A stretch of 64,000 bases of DNA, from the NCBI GenBank assembly GCA_963829055.1, contig CAWHHI010000016.1, positions 1,088,001 to 1,152,000 of the forward strand, in the 5' to 3' direction. The first letter of the stretch is position 1, and each line of letters opens with the position of its first letter. This document shows, piece by piece, positions 63,381-64,000 of the stretch. Source of the stretch: an uncultured Gemmatimonadaceae bacterium (GTDB lineage Bacteria > Gemmatimonadota > Gemmatimonadetes > Gemmatimonadales > Gemmatimonadaceae). Made by a program: the position numbers and the translations under genes. Below the pieces are notes generated by a model that was not told the DNA's origin, made no database searches, and was given only the letters and a program-made list of their open reading frames with translations.

Positions 63381-64000
63381 CGCTCACGCTCCTCGCGAAG
63401 TGGTAGGGCGGCCACGGCCCGGTGAACTCGAGACGGAATCCGCGCCCGTTGTGTTCGCGCATGAACGTCGTTACCGCCGCGCGAAACTCATCGATGCGGC
63501 CGTGGCCGACCAGGAATGACGCGTTGAGAACAGCCGCTCCCTTCTGATCCGGATCTGTCTTTGGCAGCGGGTCCTGCGTAGACGCGAGCGCGTGCGTCGC
63601 GAGCTCGTTGTAGGCTGCACTCGCGACTGTAGCGGCGACGCGATGGATCTCATCCTTGCGCGCCGCGTCGAGCTTTCTCCTCAGCAGGTATGCCTGGCCC
63701 GGCGACGGCGCGGACGAGACTTCCGCCTCGAGGGCCGCGAGCTCCGGGCTGAACGATGACAGCGCCCGTCGTAGCTCCTGGTCCACACGAAATATCCGCA
63801 CGCCGTATTCGCGGCCACGCGCCAGATCTCTCGAGGAGACGGCGCAACTCGTCGCGCCGCTCGGTGAGCATCGCCCGCACCGCGTCTTCCGACCGGAAGA
63901 GCGACAACAGCGGCAGCGGCACGACTGCGCCGAGATCACTCGCCCAGGTCAACACCGCATCGTGTGCCGTCGCGCGCGGCGCGAGCCACGACACATCAGC
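63370..64000 (-). CDS. GvpL/GvpF family gas vesicle protein (5'-truncated by window, frameshift near 63825)
   Basis: WLAPRATAHDAVL and VVPL, then EYGVRI, GQAYLLRRK, LNASFLV and TGPWPPYHF. Confidence 0.9.

Noticed and set aside
1780..63840. About 14 frameshifts (Omp85, amidohydrolase, cytochrome b, aldehyde dehydrogenase, NtrY-like kinase x2, TolC, two permeases, pyk x3, tal, CHASE3 kinase, gvpL/F) as pseudogenes or programmed frameshifting
   Set aside because: They are scattered single-base indels in otherwise intact genes, including core ones, with no nonsense decay and no shared slippery motif. Sequencing or assembly error is the simplest explanation, and read polishing would confirm it.

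Overview
This is a high-GC (about two-thirds by eye) bacterial chromosomal segment. Gene content suggests Gemmatimonadota, which is an inference. Most of it is housekeeping and envelope genes: a PD40/Omp85 protein, dinB, apaG, an MsrP-like molybdoenzyme with a cytochrome b, a TolC-MacA-MacB exporter with four permeases, bshB1-kynA-kynB, iscS-mnmA, the run ffs-dnaX-ybaB-recR-mglB-mglA-pgsA-cinA-grpE-dnaJ, and tal-pyk-fba. The window ends inside a gas vesicle (gvp) cluster that runs directly into a PAS histidine kinase and a block of phosphorelay genes. About 14 single-base frameshifts, several in core genes, look like long-read or assembly indel errors rather than pseudogenes. The most striking non-gene signal is the non-palindromic octamer GCCTAACG/CGTTAGGC. 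I counted 31 exact copies by hand, on both strands, written into coding regions with otherwise rare codons and into stop codons, which resembles a DNA-uptake or protein-binding signature sequence. Other points of interest are a pseudokinase-kinase tandem, a sigma54 activator with no HTH paired with a ChpT-like protein, candidate leaderless and sigma54 promoters, an MglA insertion, an SRP RNA with a CCGAA loop, and REP-like repeats. I found no CRISPR array, rRNA, tRNA, transposase or phage genes.
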